This document shows, piece by piece, positions 61,157 through 64,000 of a DNA stretch of 64,000 nucleotides. A program made the position numbers and the translations under genes. The stretch's first letter is position 1; every line of letters begins with the position of its first letter. Below the pieces are notes generated by a model. That model had not been told where the DNA came from and did not search any database. It worked only from the letters and a program-made list of their open reading frames with translations. Source of the DNA: an uncultured delta proteobacterium (GTDB lineage Bacteria; Desulfobacterota; Binatia; UBA9968); contig CAVTUQ010000002.1 of the NCBI GenBank assembly GCA_963737905.1, positions 320,001-384,000 on the forward strand. Reading direction: 5' to 3'.

Positions 61157-61924
61157 CTAATTAACCTTCGTCGGCCGATAAAACTCGATCGCGTTTTTGT
61201 AGAAAACATTGGCTGCCTGTTCTTCTCCCAATGTCTCCAGAACCAGCGTGTAATCGTCATCTTGATAGGGCCTCGGCGCCCGGGTGGACGGTAGGTCGGT
61301 ACCGAACATGAGCGCCCGCGAATTGGCCGCGTAGAGGTCAGTCAGCGCGGAGCGGACGTCAAAGTCTACTCGTCCAAAGCCGGTGGCTTTGACCCGTACA
61401 CCCTTTGCCGCGAGTTTGAGCAGCGTTGGGAAACCCGCTTTGGATAGACCGAGATGGTCGATGCTGACTGCCGGCAACGACACCAGGGTCTCATAGAGAT
61501 CGGCCAGCTCCGCCGAATCCACATACAACTCGGTGTGCCAGCCGACCAGTTCATGAACGCGCCGCGCCATGCTTTCCAGATGATGAATCTCTTCCGAGCC
61601 GCCGCGCTTGACGTTGAAACGGACGGCGCGAACCCCTGCGCTGTTGAGTACTTTCAACTCTTGATCCGAAACGGTCTGCGGCACCTGGGTGACACCGACA
61701 AAGGTCGGCCCAAGCACTTTCAAAGCATGGAATAGATAAGACTGATCGAAAGCCTGAAAAGAGCCGGACACCACAGCCCCACCGCATAGATCGACCACTT
61801 TCAAGCGCTCTAAATAATCCTCGCAAGTAAACGGATCGGGCATGAATCCTTGATTGGGCACGACGGGAAAGTTCTTGTCGATGATATGAAAATGGCAATC
61901 AAAATATTTGGCTTTCTGTTTCAA
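61157..61924 (-). CDS. amidohydrolase, 2-pyrone-4,6-dicarboxylate hydrolase-like
   Basis: FDCHFHI; GVRAVRFN; IDHLG; FGTDLP. Confidence 0.87.
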   Translation of the reverse strand: MKQKAKYFDCHFHIIDKNFPVVPNQGFMPDPFTCEDYLERLKVVDLCGGAVVSGSFQAFDQSYLFHALKVLGPTFVGVTQVPQTVSDQELKVLNSAGVRAVRFNVKRGGSEEIHHLESMARRVHELVGWHTELYVDSAELADLYETLVSLPAVSIDHLGLSKAGFPTLLKLAAKGVRVKATGFGRVDFDVRSALTDLYAANSRALMFGTDLPSTRAPRPYQDDDYTLVLETLGEEQAANVFYKNAIEFYRPTKVN

Positions 61925-61961
61925 CGAATTCTCCTCTCAAAGTGCGCCCAGGGCGTAGTCT

Positions 61962-63128
61962 TTACGGCCACAGTTCCTTCGTCGCCAGTTCCGCCCCCTC
62001 CGCCAACGCCTTGAGCTTCGCCCACTGGATCGACGGATGAACCTTGGCGCTGAAGGGGCCTTGGGAAAAGCCGCAGTCGGTGCCGGCAAGCACGTTTTCC
62101 CGCCCGACGAGTTTGGCAAGCCGCACGATGCGCTGCGCCACCAGCTCGGGATGCTCGATCAAATTGGTCGCATGGGTGACAACGCCGGGGATGAGCACCG
62201 TTCCCTCCGGCAGCTTGACGTCCTGCCACACCTTCCATTCATGCTCATGCCGCACGTTCGCCGCTTCGAACAGATAGGCACCCGCCTTGACCTTCAGGAA
62301 TAGTGACTGGATATGTTTGATGGGGATATCCGTGCTATGCGGCCCATGCCAGCTGCCCCAGCAGATATGGTAGCGGATGCGATCTCGCGGAATGTCCGCC
62401 AGCGCATAATTGGTCGCTTCGATCCGCGTTTCACAAAATTTCTGAAATTCTTTCAGATCGATGTCGGGCAACCATTGGTCCCAACGCGCGGTAATCCACG
62501 GATCGTCCAATTGGACCAGAAAGCCGGCGTCGACAATCGCCCTATACTCCTGCTTGAGCGCGTCGGCAATGGCGTAAAGATACGCTTCCTGACTCGGGTA
62601 GTATTCGTTGCGGCGGTCCGTCTCCACGGTAATCGGCGCGGCCACCGGCATGAACGCTTCTGCCACGCTTACGCCCGCGAGCGCCGCCTTGAAATTATCG
62701 ATATCGGTCTGGAGAAGAGTCGGATCGTAGGTGATCGGTCCCGTGCACACCCATTTCACGCTCACCGGGCGATGGGATCGCGTAAGGCGGTCATACTCTC
62801 GATAGAAGTCGGCGAAGTCCCTGCGGTCCTTGCCCCTCGATACGCCGGACTCGCCGGGATTGCCCGGGCGGCGTTCAAATCCGGTAAGCCGTTCATTAAT
62901 ATAAACCGCGAAGCCCGACTTGCCGAACTCTCCGTCGCTGACGACGTCGATGCCAACTTCGGCCTGCCTCTGCACGACCTCCGCTACACCTTTCCGTAAG
63001 CTCTCAGCAAAGCTTTCCCGGTCGTAGGTCTCTTGGTTTACCCTGGCTCGCATGGCATCGATAATTTCCACCGGACGCGTCAGGCTGCCGACGTGGGTCG
63101 TGAGAATTCTTTCCACGCTGCGCTTCAT
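61962..63128 (-). CDS. cobalamin-independent methionine synthase II (MetE C-terminal-like) family protein
   Basis: ILTTHVGSL.RP; SDGEF; VQLDDP; HICWG; EAANVRHEHE; AGTDCGF. Confidence 0.9.
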   Translation of the reverse strand: MKRSVERILTTHVGSLTRPVEIIDAMRARVNQETYDRESFAESLRKGVAEVVQRQAEVGIDVVSDGEFGKSGFAVYINERLTGFERRPGNPGESGVSRGKDRRDFADFYREYDRLTRSHRPVSVKWVCTGPITYDPTLLQTDIDNFKAALAGVSVAEAFMPVAAPITVETDRRNEYYPSQEAYLYAIADALKQEYRAIVDAGFLVQLDDPWITARWDQWLPDIDLKEFQKFCETRIEATNYALADIPRDRIRYHICWGSWHGPHSTDIPIKHIQSLFLKVKAGAYLFEAANVRHEHEWKVWQDVKLPEGTVLIPGVVTHATNLIEHPELVAQRIVRLAKLVGRENVLAGTDCGFSQGPFSAKVHPSIQWAKLKALAEGAELATKELWP

Positions 63129-63157
63129 AGCTATACGTTCCCTGCCGCTCAAAGTTT

Positions 63158-64000
63158 CTAAGGTTTCCAGCCCGCTTGGGTCAGCTCGCTATCCGCTCTC
63201 TTGGCAAAGCTGAAATCGTAGGCCCGCTCGATGGGCACTTCCTTGGTGACGTTGAGGACCTCGCGAACGATGTCGAGATCGTTTTTCTGCGTTTCTTCGT
63301 CGACCACGCCATTGGTCGTAAAACTACCAATCATGCCATCGTAAGTGCGCGCGGCCAAGTCCCTGTTTAACTCAGAAAATTTCATCATTGTATCCATCGC
63401 GACTTCGCGGTTTTGCTTGACCAGGCGCAGGGCTTTGAGCAAAGCACGCATGAATCCATGCATCAACTTCGGCTTATCTTTGATGAATTGGTCGTTGGTT
63501 GCCACCGTGCCCCAGGAGTTCTTCACTTCTTTACCCAGATACAAGATCTCTTTCATGCCTTGATCGAGGGCGGCAAAGCGTTCCTCCGAGCTCAGTAGTC
63601 CCCCATCCACGGTGCCCGACACCAGCGCGCCGAGACGCTGGCCCGGCGGCAGCGCGAGAAAAGTCAAATCTTTATTGGCATCGAGTCCATACTTGGGGGC
63701 GACCTTTTTCAACATGAACGTCGCCACCGCGGCGACGCCGGTCACCGCGACTTTCTTGCCTTTTAGTTCTTTGAAGCTGCTGTATTGGGGCCGGACCATA
63801 AGCCACTGCAGCACCTGGTCGTTGACGGCCAGCACCGTCTTGAGCGGTGCATTGCCTTTGGTGACGGCGACCAGGGCGCTGCTCCCGGACCCGGTGAAAT
63901 CCATTTCACCCGCGAGCACGGCTTGAAGGCCGGGAGTGGATGCCATGACGACGATATCGAGATCGATCCCTTCCTCCTTCATATAGCCCCGCTCCTTGGC
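63158..64000 (-). CDS. SsuA/NMT1-like substrate-binding protein (5' end outside the window), paralog of 10186 and 15711
   Basis: Highly similar translation (EEGIDL..VVMASTP.LQAVLAGEMDFTGSG...GWKP). Confidence 0.9.
   Translation of the reverse strand, partial: AKERGYMKEEGIDLDIVVMASTPGLQAVLAGEMDFTGSGSSALVAVTKGNAPLKTVLAVNDQVLQWLMVRPQYSSFKELKGKKVAVTGVAAVATFMLKKVAPKYGLDANKDLTFLALPPGQRLGALVSGTVDGGLLSSEERFAALDQGMKEILYLGKEVKNSWGTVATNDQFIKDKPKLMHGFMRALLKALRLVKQNREVAMDTMMKFSELNRDLAARTYDGMIGSFTTNGVVDEETQKNDLDIVREVLNVTKEVPIERAYDFSFAKRADSELTQAGWKP

Noticed and set aside
1-64000. tRNA/rRNA genes, prophage, or an intact Y1/RAYT transposase
   Set aside because: None recognised in this window; any enzyme acting on the repeats would have to be encoded elsewhere.

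Overview
GC-rich bacterial DNA. The many TctC/Bug- and SsuA-type binding proteins, amidohydrolases and TTGAACGG(T) repeats suggest a Binatia/deltaproteobacterium-like genome; this is inference only. Many genes carry single-base indels, most likely long-read errors. (1) 4.5-17 kb is an accessory array. Eight co-oriented, 5'-variable and 3'-fixed remnants of the C-terminus of a RAYT/Y1-like transposase, ending in a GTCAAGATTTGACCCCTAG-like motif, separate 0.7-3 kb cargo blocks. The cargo includes five toxin-antitoxin pairs, binding proteins (one almost perfectly duplicated) and a deacetylase. (2) 17-23.6 kb is an Mrr-like nuclease-NACHT defence gene split by an intact IS21 element with a 6-bp target duplication. 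(3) 23.9-37.3 kb is a second mosaic. It holds a Co-type nitrile hydratase operon, VapBC, two orphan copies of the 3' end of the amidohydrolase gene at 37.3 kb, and further GACCC(C)TA-ended repeats. (4) 37-48 kb is metabolic genes, including a SelO/YdiU AMPylase whose C-terminal Cys codon is a TGA followed by a SECIS-like hairpin (candidate bacterial selenoprotein). (5) 48.8-60.5 kb is an AT-richer three-gene cluster: two giant frameshifted beta-rich proteins flanking a metzincin-like protease. No rRNA, tRNA or CRISPR array was seen.
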